Source: an uncultured Nitrososphaerota archaeon
Lineage (GTDB): Archaea > Thermoproteota > Nitrososphaeria > Nitrososphaerales > CADDZS01
Assembly (NCBI GenBank): GCA_963799845.1
Contig: CAWCYI010000004.1
Location: 960,001 to 1,024,000, forward strand
Reading direction: 5' to 3'
DNA: 64,000 nucleotides
This document shows positions 49,821 to 59,639 of this stretch, piece after piece. The notes under the pieces are model-generated. The model was not told where the DNA came from, ran no database searches, and saw only the letters and a list, made by a program, of their open reading frames with translations. The position numbers and the translations under genes are program-made. How positions within the stretch are numbered: position 1 is the stretch's first letter; each line of letters opens with the position of its first letter.

Positions 49821-51842
49821 ATGTTCGAAAGACTTTTCTCGCCGATCGAAATCGGTCCGATCAGAGTAAAAAATCGGATTCAGCTTCCGCCGCACTCGCT
49901 CCACTATTTTGAGAATGGACTTCCAACCGACACTTTTCTCGAATATTATCTGGAGAGGGCCAGGGGCGGAGCCGGTCTGCTTGAAGTGTCGCAAATTTAC
50001 ATCAAATCTCCTACCGGAGTATTCTACCCGGAATGGGAGTACGACAACAAAAAAACGTGGCCGATGGTAAACAAACCGGAAATTGTGCAGAGCCTCAAGA
50101 AGCTCGCGGATGCCGTTCACGAGTTCGAGTCCAAGATTTTCATGGAGGTTTCTGCGTGGACTTTTCTTTACGGACCGGTTTCGAGCGTCCCCTTCGAAAC
50201 TGGCGTTAACCTGAACGAACTTACAATCTCGGATATTCACGAGATCGAGGAGGGATTTGCCGAAGCCTCTGGGTATGTGAAACAGAGTGGATTCGATGGA
50301 GTAGATCTGCATGGAACACACGGTGCCATGATCGAGCACTTTTATTCGCCAGTGATGAATCGGCGTGATGATCGATACGGTGGAAGTTTCGAAAACCGGA
50401 TGCGCTTTCTTCTTGAGTTGATCGAGATTGTAAAGGGGACAATCGGAGACTCCGTGGCTCTCGGAATGCGGCTCTGTGCCGATGAACAAATCCAAGATGG
50501 GGTGACTCCTGATTATGCCGCGAAGATAGCCGAAGTATTGGATGGACGCCTCGACTTCATCAACGTGGATCGAGGGTCGATGTACAACTACGATGTTCTT
50601 GATCAGAACGCACTCCAGACCGAACCGTTATACTCTCCCATCGGCTACGGAACTTACTTGTCCGAACCTATCAAGGCGAAGGTTAAGGAGACCAAAATCG
50701 GCCTCGCCGGAAGAATAACCGATGCCCTAATTGCTGATACGATCCTGGAAAGAGGTCAGGCGGATTTCGTTGGAATGACGAGAGCACTGATAGCGGATCC
50801 GTATTTCCCGAAGAAAGTCTTGGAGGGCAGAGTGCAGGACGTGAGGTCGTGCATTGGAACGCTTGAGGGATGCTGGGGAAGATCAGCAGCCCACGACTAC
50901 CCGATGAGATGCTCAGTGAATGCCGCAGTCGGGAGGGAATCTGAAAGAGGAGAAATGAAGATTCGACAGACTACAGTCCGGAAAAAAGTTCTTGTGATCG
51001 GCGCGGGCCCCGCAGGACTTGAAGCTGCACGCGTGTGCGCTCTCAGAGGACACGAGGTCGTCGTCTACGAGAAAGAATCGAAAGCTGGAGGACAGGTGAA
51101 TATCGGAAAGCTCATTCCGGGTAGATCAGACATTAGCTCGCTAGTCACTTGGCTAGAAAACCAGCTAAGATCTCTGAACGTCCGGATAGAGTACAATCGA
51201 GAAGTCCCTCCGTCGGAGGAGGTCGTGAAGTTTCTCGTTGAAGAGGAGGAGAAGCCCGACGTGATCATTCTCGCGACCGGTTCAACTCCGATCAAGAGCG
51301 GTATCCAGATGATTTCATTCCAGGAAGTTCCTGGATGGAAGGAGGCTGATGTTCACTCCGTCGATGAGCTTCTCTCAAGGCAAGTCCAGATTTCGGGAAG
51401 GAGGTTCTTAGTTGCTGACAGCACTCCGTACCTTCAGGGCCCGGGCGCTTGTCAGATGCTCGCACGAAACGGAGCTTCAGAAATTACCTTCGTAACTCCC
51501 CAGACGGAGATTTCCCCAGAGATGAACGACTATAACCAACTAATATACACAGTCAGAAGCTTGCGAGAAAATCATGTGCGCGTCCTAACATATTCCTGGA
51601 TCAGAAGAATAAACACTGACGGTGATAAGAAGGTCCTTGTTTACGACATTCCCACGGGCCAGGAAACAGAAGTACTGGTTGACGAGGTAATATTCTATAC
51701 GGGTCGAAAGCAGAACAATTCTCTTCACTCGATGTTCAAGAGTCTCGTCGAAGAGGTCTACGAAGTCGGAGACTGCCACATCGCTGGGGGCAAAATCCTG
51801 TCTGCGATAGACGAAGGGTTCAGCGTTGCAATGAAAATATGA
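49821..51842 (+). CDS. FadH/TMADH-type multidomain Old Yellow Enzyme oxidoreductase
   Basis: TIM-barrel motifs RARGGAGL, NRRDDRYGGSFENRMRF and RALIADP, an Fe-S segment, VIGAGPAGLEAA and VGDC. Confidence 0.9.
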   Translation: MFERLFSPIEIGPIRVKNRIQLPPHSLHYFENGLPTDTFLEYYLERARGGAGLLEVSQIYIKSPTGVFYPEWEYDNKKTWPMVNKPEIVQSLKKLADAVHEFESKIFMEVSAWTFLYGPVSSVPFETGVNLNELTISDIHEIEEGFAEASGYVKQSGFDGVDLHGTHGAMIEHFYSPVMNRRDDRYGGSFENRMRFLLELIEIVKGTIGDSVALGMRLCADEQIQDGVTPDYAAKIAEVLDGRLDFINVDRGSMYNYDVLDQNALQTEPLYSPIGYGTYLSEPIKAKVKETKIGLAGRITDALIADTILERGQADFVGMTRALIADPYFPKKVLEGRVQDVRSCIGTLEGCWGRSAAHDYPMRCSVNAAVGRESERGEMKIRQTTVRKKVLVIGAGPAGLEAARVCALRGHEVVVYEKESKAGGQVNIGKLIPGRSDISSLVTWLENQLRSLNVRIEYNREVPPSEEVVKFLVEEEEKPDVIILATGSTPIKSGIQMISFQEVPGWKEADVHSVDELLSRQVQISGRRFLVADSTPYLQGPGACQMLARNGASEITFVTPQTEISPEMNDYNQLIYTVRSLRENHVRVLTYSWIRRINTDGDKKVLVYDIPTGQETEVLVDEVIFYTGRKQNNSLHSMFKSLVEEVYEVGDCHIAGGKILSAIDEGFSVAMKI

Positions 51843-51904
51843 TTCTACGATAGACTCGCAATTTTCTTATTGAAGTCTCGAACGTTAAAAAAAATTCTAA
51901 TTTC

Positions 51905-52711
51905 ATGGAGTCTGAAAGGGTTATCAATCAGGCTGAGGTGGGCGGTAAACAAATGAGAGACTTTTCGGGAAAAACCGTTCTTGTGACCGGTGGATCGAGA
52001 GGAATAGGCAGGGCGTGCGTTATCGCCTTTGCCCGCAACGGGGCCGACGTTGCGATAAATTATAACAAGAACGAGGGAGAGGCGCAGAAAGTTCTCGGAG
52101 AGGCGCGGGCTCTGGATGTAAGATCAGAGATTTTTAGGGCAGATACCTCAAAGTCGGACGAAGTCAACAAAATGGTTAAGGATGTGGTAGAATATTTTGG
52201 AAAAATTAACATCCTGGTCAACAATGCAGGGGTCCTTAGAAGGACTCCGTTTCTCCAGATCACCGAAAGCGAGTGGGACTGGGTGCTCGACATAAACCTC
52301 AAAGGATATTTTCTCGTGGGACAGGCGGTCGCAAAGCAGATGGTCGAGCAAAACACGGGAGGGGCAATCGTGAACATTTCGAGCAACAACCAAGAGAGGG
52401 CGGCAGCTCTCTTGACTCATTACAACGTATCCAAAGCAGGAGTCGCGATGCTGACCAAGACGATGGCCAATGAACTCGCTCCGTACCGGATACGAGTGAA
52501 CAACGTAACTCCAGGCCTAACTGAAACCGACATCAACCGGAAGGACATTGCAAATAAAGAGTGGAGAGATGCGCGAATGGCGAGGATTCCCTTAAAGATA
52601 ATCGCTACGCCCGAAGATATTTCCAGCGCCGTGCTCTTTCTTGCTTCTGAGGATGCAAAGTTGGCTACAGGTACGACTGTCTGGATGGATGCGGGCGCGA
52701 CGATAAGCTGA
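51905..52711 (+). CDS. Short-chain dehydrogenase/reductase (FabG-like)
   Basis: Motifs TGGSRGIG, NNAG and YNVSK. Confidence 0.92.
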   Translation: MESERVINQAEVGGKQMRDFSGKTVLVTGGSRGIGRACVIAFARNGADVAINYNKNEGEAQKVLGEARALDVRSEIFRADTSKSDEVNKMVKDVVEYFGKINILVNNAGVLRRTPFLQITESEWDWVLDINLKGYFLVGQAVAKQMVEQNTGGAIVNISSNNQERAAALLTHYNVSKAGVAMLTKTMANELAPYRIRVNNVTPGLTETDINRKDIANKEWRDARMARIPLKIIATPEDISSAVLFLASEDAKLATGTTVWMDAGATIS

Positions 52712-53211
52712 TGCAATAATTCTATTCATTCGACTCACAGATTTCTACAACCCTTTGTCGAAGCAGAGACCTTTGACTATTATTGTGAGGTCATTGTGTT
52801 GGAGAAAGGAGTAACTGGAGCTCAGAAGCCGGAAGAGTAGAACTTATATCGCTCGGATTCAAGGCCTTACCAGTCTGGTTCTCCAGAAAGGGCGTTAATT
52901 CAATTCTACGGTAGATTCCTCAGGACTCTTTTCCTGTTTCTTGGATTCCTCACTATCGTTTGAAGCCTCAAGCAACTCGCGTCTCATTTTTATCAACCTG
53001 TATCTATTTCCTGCATTCAATTTTGTTCACTGAAGAAATAATGATTCGATGGCATCGTTGAAAAGAGTTTTCATCCACAAATGAAAACTCACGATGCAAG
53101 GTTGGAAACTCCAGATCCAGAGTACGGTTTGAGACGTACATTAATTACAAACTCGAAAAGTAGAGTGCAAATTTGGAAAAATGTCAATCTAGAATATTTT
53201 TGTTCGGCCCA

Positions 53212-53490
53212 TCAAAGGGCTCTTAACGATGAATTTCCGTTGATATTGTTGGATCTGCCTTTTTGTTTGAGATACTCTCTTCTTGCGAACAGATAAAATC
53301 CAATATCGACCAGACCGGTACCGCCAAATATTATTGCTGCACCGTTCAAATACGAAGTATAAGCGCCGAAGAGGTTAATTCTGAAAGAGAAAAGTGCGAA
53401 GGCAGCAATCCCTAGAGAAAGGACTGTCGAGAAAAGATAACCTCTAGTCCTTTTCTCGGCTAATTTGAGTTCTCCCTCCTGAGCTAACAT
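53212..53490 (-). CDS. Small membrane protein
   Basis: 92 aa with two TM helices and an ATG start. Confidence 0.5.
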   Translation of the reverse strand: MLAQEGELKLAEKRTRGYLFSTVLSLGIAAFALFSFRINLFGAYTSYLNGAAIIFGGTGLVDIGFYLFARREYLKQKGRSNNINGNSSLRAL

Positions 53491-53660
53491 TAAGGATTTG
53501 ATGTGAAAGGTAGGATTTAGACTTTCTTAGTTTGGAGTATACTTCGGTAAGAGAGCGCAATGGATCTCAAAGGTCGATCCTGTTGATTTTCAAATCACCT
53601 GGAGAACCAATATCACCGCTATTGCCCAGCCCGCAGCAGATCGGGTGGAAGCTCTCATAT

Positions 53661-55937
53661 CTACGTGAGAGCCGCGAAGTACTCTATCGTCCCGAATATT
53701 CCAGGGTTGTAAGTCAGTCCGTGGACGTTGGATGTGACCGGCTGGAAGAACTCTGGATAGTTAGTCCAAAGATACATGACTAACTGGTTTCCGAGTGAGT
53801 TCATTGCGTCACTCGCCCTAACTACGCCTGTGATATTGCCTGTTGCCGTAGCTTCCACGGCTTGGTTGTAGAGATTCCCCATCTGTGCGAGATTCCATCC
53901 GGCCGGGAAGGTGAATACGTTGTTGGGAGCGAAGAGCGGTCCCAAGAAATCGATTGACCAAGGATAGTCTGCAACGGCGAACGACTTCCACATGTAGAGG
54001 TAGCTAGAGAACCCGTCGATCGTCAGCTGTCCCAGCGGAATCGGAACTACCGTCACCGTGAGACCCATGTTGTACGTCGCGCTAACGTTGTTGACCGCGG
54101 TCGCGATATCTTCCATTACTGCCTGATCGACTAGGTCCCCTGCGGGGAAATCAATCGCGAATGTCTGCGAAACCGGTTTGGTGCACGTCCCTCCATGTGA
54201 GGTCAGTGCAGCCGAAGAGCATCCGAAGGTATTGTTAAACAGTCCCGCCGGAGCTGCAGTTCCGTTCTCAAAATTAAATTGAGTAATGGGCGTCTCCATC
54301 GCGCTAACCAGCAGATCCTGAACCGCCGTCAGATTGAAGCTGTACCGAGGAACTATGGACGTGTTGTAAGTCCCCGGTGGCGGGAATCCGGGCGGCATTC
54401 CGTTGATGGCCACCTGCCCTAAATTATTGTTCTCGTTGATGTTGATACTAGTCATATTGACCGCATCCGCAAATGCGAGCCTGAAGCGCAGGTCTGCGAA
54501 CGGCTGGAACTGGTAAAATGAACCCGTTGCTGGATTTGTTACGTTCGTCGCAAACAAATTCAGGTTGGTCTGGTACCCGGTGTACGGTCCGTAGAGGGTG
54601 ACGCCAGGGATAGTCGAGACCAGAGTACCGTTGTCCAGCCAGGCGTTTCTGCTCGCTACGTCGTACAGGTTTGTGTTAGGAACGTCCACGCTCATAGCCT
54701 GGCCAGACCTCGCAGCGGCCTGGAGGTCTACTTCCCTCGTCGTTAGACTGGACACGACGCTGATGTCAACGGTTGTGAATGTAGGACTTATCTTCGCGCC
54801 ACCATCGAACTGGTAGGGTCCGCCCCAATATGTCGGGTTAACCTGCAGGACGATGTCATTTGTAGAAGGGCTCACGCTCTGGATTGTGTATGGGCCAGTT
54901 CCGGCGAGCGATCCTTGATACGAGCCGTCCAGGTATGTCGTCCCGCACCCGCTCGGAGTCGCGCCATTGTCGCACGTCGCTATTTCATCATACAGGTACT
55001 GGTTGATCATCGTGGTAGCGTTTCCGCTGAACGCAGCATAAGGAAGGGTGTACCCATTGCTGGACTGATTCCATAAAGCGAGGTCATGCTGCATTACGAA
55101 ATCAGGTGCGACAAGCGCAGACCACTGGTTCGCGAAAAGATACGGAAAGGCCGCGTTTGGATTCTGTATGTGCAACGTGAAAGTCAGAGGCCCCGTTATC
55201 TGCACGAAATTTTGCGCCAGCACTTCCTGCGCATACTGCTGGGTGTACTTGTGGGGTCCCGTCAAAACGTAGCTGAGACTTGTGTTGAGCAGTTGCTGTA
55301 CGATCCACGAAGCCTGAGTACCGTGGCTGCCGGGAGCACTGTTATCCTCAATCAGCAGTTTGTTTAATGCAAAGTAGACATCGGTCGAGTTCAAAGTCTC
55401 GCCATCTGCGAACTTTATTCCACTTCTCAAGGTAAAATTAGCCGTCTCGCCGTTCGCGGAGAGTGTGTAGTTTTGTGCAAGCCAAGGAATTACGGTTGTG
55501 CCGTTAGTCCCAGTGTACCACAGGAGCGTTTCGTAGACGTTTTGCATGACGTTGTAATCGTAAGCCGCGTAAGAGACCTGAGGATCGAGTTGGCGCGGGG
55601 TATTAACCGTCTCCCAAGTAAAAGTCGTCGGAGTTGCAGCGGTCGAGGAAGTGGATGTTGTCGAACTCGAGGTCGTAGAAGTAGTTGACGAAGTCGAAGT
55701 TAGGCTGCTGGTGGAAGAAGTTGGCGATGTTGTCGGAGAACTGGTACTTGTCGTAAAAGACGAGGTTGAAGTAGGAGGGATTGTCGGAGAGGAAGTGGAT
55801 GTTGTGGTAGGGGATGTAATGCTTGTGGTCGAAGACCGAGTGGCAATGTAAGCTCCGGCCGCTATGAGAACGATGATAACAACTACAACAACTATGATTA
55901 AGCTTCGAGCTAGCGCCCGCTTGAACGACTTTGACAT
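53661..55937 (-). CDS. Family 5 ABC substrate-binding protein with Ser/Thr-rich linker
   Basis: FKRA|LARSLIIVVVVV N-terminus, an S/T linker of about 70 aa, LDPQ, YETL, PWLA, LRSGIKFADG, GTGPY and FRLAFADA. Confidence 0.88.
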   Translation of the reverse strand: MSKSFKRALARSLIIVVVVVIIVLIAAGAYIATRSSTTSITSPTTTSTSSPTIPPTSTSSFTTSTSSPTTSPTSSTSSLTSTSSTTSTTSSSTTSTSSTAATPTTFTWETVNTPRQLDPQVSYAAYDYNVMQNVYETLLWYTGTNGTTVIPWLAQNYTLSANGETANFTLRSGIKFADGETLNSTDVYFALNKLLIEDNSAPGSHGTQASWIVQQLLNTSLSYVLTGPHKYTQQYAQEVLAQNFVQITGPLTFTLHIQNPNAAFPYLFANQWSALVAPDFVMQHDLALWNQSSNGYTLPYAAFSGNATTMINQYLYDEIATCDNGATPSGCGTTYLDGSYQGSLAGTGPYTIQSVSPSTNDIVLQVNPTYWGGPYQFDGGAKISPTFTTVDISVVSSLTTREVDLQAAARSGQAMSVDVPNTNLYDVASRNAWLDNGTLVSTIPGVTLYGPYTGYQTNLNLFATNVTNPATGSFYQFQPFADLRFRLAFADAVNMTSININENNNLGQVAINGMPPGFPPPGTYNTSIVPRYSFNLTAVQDLLVSAMETPITQFNFENGTAAPAGLFNNTFGCSSAALTSHGGTCTKPVSQTFAIDFPAGDLVDQAVMEDIATAVNNVSATYNMGLTVTVVPIPLGQLTIDGFSSYLYMWKSFAVADYPWSIDFLGPLFAPNNVFTFPAGWNLAQMGNLYNQAVEATATGNITGVVRASDAMNSLGNQLVMYLWTNYPEFFQPVTSNVHGLTYNPGIFGTIEYFAALT

Positions 55938-56247
55938 AAAGGTTGACTGCTAAAGTATCAGATATAAGCGTAGTTACCAGCGCTGATGTTGCGCCTTCTT
56001 CGAAAATTCGAATTCCTATTTCGAAAGAACTAAGAAATTGCGTGTTCTACTTTTCTGGATTATTGAGGATCTAACCAAATGGATGAGGGTGGCTTTTTAC
56101 GAAAAGTCGCTATCGAACGTTTCGATACTGCTCTAACTGTGGGGATCCTCGGGGTAATCGACTCTCAGACCTATGACTCATATCTTCAATAGTATATTCC
56201 GTCTTTCTTGAAGACTGAAGAGATCCTGAAGCTTATCAACCTGGCTC

Positions 56248-56460
56248 TTATCTCATCAAGATCGTGACTGGAAAAAGCTCGTAATCATTTTCTTTCGGAC
56301 GACGAGAGAGAATCACACGCAATACATACGTCATGTAATCAGTGGCTGATATGAAGCCTCCTTGAGTAATTACTAATTTTTCAATCCGTCGCATCAAGGG
56401 AACTGGAATGTTGACAGCGACGTACTTGGCTTGAGCATTCATCGGGTTCATCTGGCTCAA
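56248..56460 (-). CDS. CopG/ribbon-helix-helix regulator (3' end probably frameshifted; true end near 56200 or lower)
   Basis: KYVAVNIPVPLMRRIEKL...GFISATDYMTYVLR. An alternate frame continues HDLDEIRARLIS. Confidence 0.7.
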   Translation of the reverse strand: MSQMNPMNAQAKYVAVNIPVPLMRRIEKLVITQGGFISATDYMTYVLRVILSRRPKENDYELFPVTILMR

Positions 56461-56474
56461 GTCAAGTTCCGAGT

Positions 56475-57317
56475 CTAGTTTGTGAACTGGTTGATTAATC
56501 CACGCTTTGACCTTACGCTGTCCTCAAGTCGCTGGAAAACGAGCCTATCAGCCACAAAGCCGATCACGAATATTACGATCATCGTTGCGATAACCTGATT
56601 CATCTCCGCGAATTCGCTTCCGTAGTAGAGCAATTCACCTAGACCGACGGAGATACCGAACAGCATCTCGGCTCCGATTAGGGCGTGCCAGGAGAAGGAC
56701 CAGGTCTGTCTGAGCGCAGTGACCATCTGCGGCATCGACGCTGGGAGCATAACGCTTCTCAGCAGAGAAACTCTCCTGACCCCCATGTTCTTTGCAACCT
56801 TGAGATATATCGGCGGGATGTTCCGGACGCTGTTGTAGGTCGAGATCATCATCGAAAAGACCGAGCTCATTATCATGACGAAAAGGAGTCCAAAGTCGTT
56901 TAGACCTATTATCAGGATTGCGAACGGAACCCAAGCTATGCTCGGGAATGATTGCAAGCCCAGACAGAATGAGCTCATAGTTTTTCCGAACCGGCGAAAA
57001 TTGGCCATCAGAAGACCGACCAGCGTGCCCAGGATCACCGAGAGACCAAACCCTGCAACCAGTCTTTCAAGGGTGGCGCTGATCGCAAGGGCGAGCGCTC
57101 CGTCTTCAGCCAGAGTCAGTAACCTAGCGAACGCCATCGCCGGAGACGGGAGCAGAAACGACGGGTAGAACTTTAGGTCGAATACTAGCTGCCAGAGTCC
57201 GAGAAATATCCCGATCGCTATCGCGATGTCGAGATACGTCGTGTAGCTGCGTTTCTTCTTCTGACTAGACTGTGATTCTGACTGGACTATTTTCTGTTGG
57301 CTGTGATTTCTCCCCAT
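56475..57317 (-). CDS. Nitrate/sulfonate/taurine ABC permease (SsuC/TauC-like)
   Basis: Motifs LLPSP, LQSFPSIAWVP and WHALIGAEM. Confidence 0.9.
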   Translation of the reverse strand: MGRNHSQQKIVQSESQSSQKKKRSYTTYLDIAIAIGIFLGLWQLVFDLKFYPSFLLPSPAMAFARLLTLAEDGALALAISATLERLVAGFGLSVILGTLVGLLMANFRRFGKTMSSFCLGLQSFPSIAWVPFAILIIGLNDFGLLFVMIMSSVFSMMISTYNSVRNIPPIYLKVAKNMGVRRVSLLRSVMLPASMPQMVTALRQTWSFSWHALIGAEMLFGISVGLGELLYYGSEFAEMNQVIATMIVIFVIGFVADRLVFQRLEDSVRSKRGLINQFTN

Positions 57318-58110
57318 CAAGGGCGATCTCCTCCTTAATTTCTCTCATTATCGAATTGATTATTCCAATAAGCGCCGGATCCTCAGAGTCCCGCGGTCTT
57401 GGCAGATCAACTATGTACTGCTGCTTTATTCTGGCGGGCCTGTGAGTAAAGACGATTACCCGGTCGCCAAGAGAAACTGCTTCCCGAACGTCGTGGGTAA
57501 CAAACAGTATTGTTTTCTTTGTTTTTTCATGAATCTCCTGAACCTCGTTCTGCAGGATCTGTCGAGTGCGCGCGTCAAGCGCTCCGAACGGCTCGTCCAT
57601 CAAGAGAATTCTGGGATTCAGGGCGAGCCCCCTGGCAATTGCAACCCTCTGCTTCATCCCTCCCGATAACTGGTGTACTCTGGACTGGGCGAAAGGCGTC
57701 AATTCTACCAGTTCGATGTACTCGCTCGCGATCCTCTTTCGCTCCTCCTTGGAGATACCTTTTTGTTTCAGACCGAACTCGACATTTTCTTCGACGGTTA
57801 ACCAAGGGAAGAGAGACTCCTCCTGAAAGATTATGACAATGTCTGGACCGGTTGATCCGATCCTGTGACCCTTTACCACAATGTCTCCGGAGTCGTAGCT
57901 CTCCAGACCGGCGATAATGCTGAGGAGGGTGCTTTTGCCACAACCCGAAGGACCGATGATTGTGACAAACTCTCCTTCCTTGACGTCGAAGCTCACGTTA
58001 TCGATCACCGTGAGGTCCTCCTTGTTCGCTCCGTCGTGATTCGGATGGCTCTTTCGGAGCTTATCCACCTCGAGTATCTTGTCGGACTTTTCACTCAGCG
58101 TATACGCCAA
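57265..58110 (-). CDS. Nitrate/sulfonate/taurine ABC ATPase (SsuB/TauB-like)
   Basis: Motifs GPSGCGKST, LFPWLTV, LSGGMKQR, MDEPFGALD and VTHD. Confidence 0.93.
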   Translation of the reverse strand: MAYTLSEKSDKILEVDKLRKSHPNHDGANKEDLTVIDNVSFDVKEGEFVTIIGPSGCGKSTLLSIIAGLESYDSGDIVVKGHRIGSTGPDIVIIFQEESLFPWLTVEENVEFGLKQKGISKEERKRIASEYIELVELTPFAQSRVHQLSGGMKQRVAIARGLALNPRILLMDEPFGALDARTRQILQNEVQEIHEKTKKTILFVTHDVREAVSLGDRVIVFTHRPARIKQQYIVDLPRPRDSEDPALIGIINSIMREIKEEIALDGEKSQPTENSPVRITV

Positions 58111-58127
58111 TCTTGTTGCGCCTCCGT

Positions 58128-59363
58128 CTAACTCGTGATCTGTGGAAGTCCGTCCTGTTGCAGTACTTGATTCAGCAATGTCAGGTCGAACAGGCCGTTC
58201 AAGTTAGGCGCTGAAGTGCCCAGGAATCCCAGTTCGTAAGCATTCTGAGCTTGCTGTGTCACTGAGGCTTCCAGTGGATCGTAGGTGAACGTGAGATACT
58301 GGGTTGCGTTGTTGAATATGGTGGAGTTTGTCGGTGTGGTAGTTGTGAGGTTCGCGATCCTATTGTCGATAAGTGTAGCTGCCTGCACGGGGTTCTTTGT
58401 GATCCACATAGTGTCGTTGACATCAGCTTCGATGATTTTCTTCACGACGTCTGGGTGAGCATTCAGGAACGATGTGCTCACAACGAGTTCAGCGGTCGAA
58501 AAGTTTCCTCCAGGCCACAGACTCCTTTCGTCAAGGAATACATGGCAGTTTGCCTCAAAGATTAGCTGTGAGGCAGTTGGCTCCGGCACCCAGGCTCCAT
58601 CGAGCTGACCTTTTTCCATCAAAGTCAAGATGTTCGAGTTTGAGGTGTCCACTACCGAGACGTTGGTTCCCACGACGTAGTGATTTCGAAGCAAGAACGA
58701 CCTCAGAGCGATATCTTGGGTGTTGCCTAACTGTGGTGCTGCGAATGTCTTTCCAGTGAAATTCGCGACAGAGGTAATTCCATCGTTGTTCCTTACGACG
58801 AATACTGCTCCCCCGTTTGAAACTCCTGCGACAATCCTTAGCGCGGTACCGTTGGACTGGATGAATGCATTAACCGCAGGACTTGGTCCTACGTAAGCCA
58901 TGTCAAGTTGGCCTGCCAATAGGGCTGTCATCTCGGTCGGTCCTGCTGTGAACAGAGTTGTCTTGATTGTAGTTGTAGGTCCTAGATACGCCTGAAAGTC
59001 ACCATCAGAAAGGCCGACGATTGCCGGTGCGTGATTCAGGTTAGCAAAGTAACCTATCCTAACGAGATTAATGGAATTTGTTGCATTAGAACTTGAACTA
59101 GTCGTTGACGAGGTTGATGATACTGTGGTTGTGACTGGAACGAGAGACGTTGTTGTCGCCGTTGAGATGAGAGATTGTGTGCTAACTAGGGATGTTGTAG
59201 AAACTAGAGAGGTTGTACTCACCAACGTATTCGTTGTGGTGAGCGTCACCGTGCTTGCTTGTTCTGTTGTAGTCTTAGATCCGATACTTGACGCGGCGTA
59301 CGCTCCGCCAGCGATCAGCGCGATAATTATTACCGCGACTATAGCTATCATTGAGCTTTTCAA
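58128..59363 (-). CDS. Sulfonate/sulfate-type ABC substrate-binding protein (SsuA-like) with S/T linker
   Basis: Motifs RIGYFANLNHAPA, YVGPSPA, PQLGNTQD and AWVPEP. Confidence 0.9.
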   Translation of the reverse strand: MKSSMIAIVAVIIIALIAGGAYAASSIGSKTTTEQASTVTLTTTNTLVSTTSLVSTTSLVSTQSLISTATTTSLVPVTTTVSSTSSTTSSSSNATNSINLVRIGYFANLNHAPAIVGLSDGDFQAYLGPTTTIKTTLFTAGPTEMTALLAGQLDMAYVGPSPAVNAFIQSNGTALRIVAGVSNGGAVFVVRNNDGITSVANFTGKTFAAPQLGNTQDIALRSFLLRNHYVVGTNVSVVDTSNSNILTLMEKGQLDGAWVPEPTASQLIFEANCHVFLDERSLWPGGNFSTAELVVSTSFLNAHPDVVKKIIEADVNDTMWITKNPVQAATLIDNRIANLTTTTPTNSTIFNNATQYLTFTYDPLEASVTQQAQNAYELGFLGTSAPNLNGLFDLTLLNQVLQQDGLPQITS

Positions 59364-59639
59364 AACTTATCACGTAATAGAAATCCAATTCGTTTTCACA
59401 GTAATTATACATAATTAAATCCGTAACTGAAATGCACTTATTGCGTGTATTATGGAGGGATTTGGCCATCCTTTACGTATAATTGGGCCTTTATTTCGAC
59501 CATCGATATGGCCCCTGAAAAATCATTTTGTAACCGTTTTTAGAGACTTTCGAGGGATATATCGAAAGTCTAGTATTGTAAAGGGCAACGACACTTCTCT
59601 CGATTGCCCTAATTTGAAATTAAGTATCTTGTTTATTTT

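Noticed and set aside
49785-50495. 236-aa minus-strand ORF and other long overlapping ORFs in the track
   Set aside because: They are antisense or alternate-frame shadows of well-supported genes and have no motifs of their own.
49821-52711. Mycofactocin-associated OYE/SDR cluster
   Set aside because: No mftA-like precursor or radical SAM gene is in the window, and the SDR is a generic FabG-like type.
52712-53210. Possible small ORFs in the intergenic stretch
   Set aside because: Only short motif-free frames are present and none can be supported as a gene.
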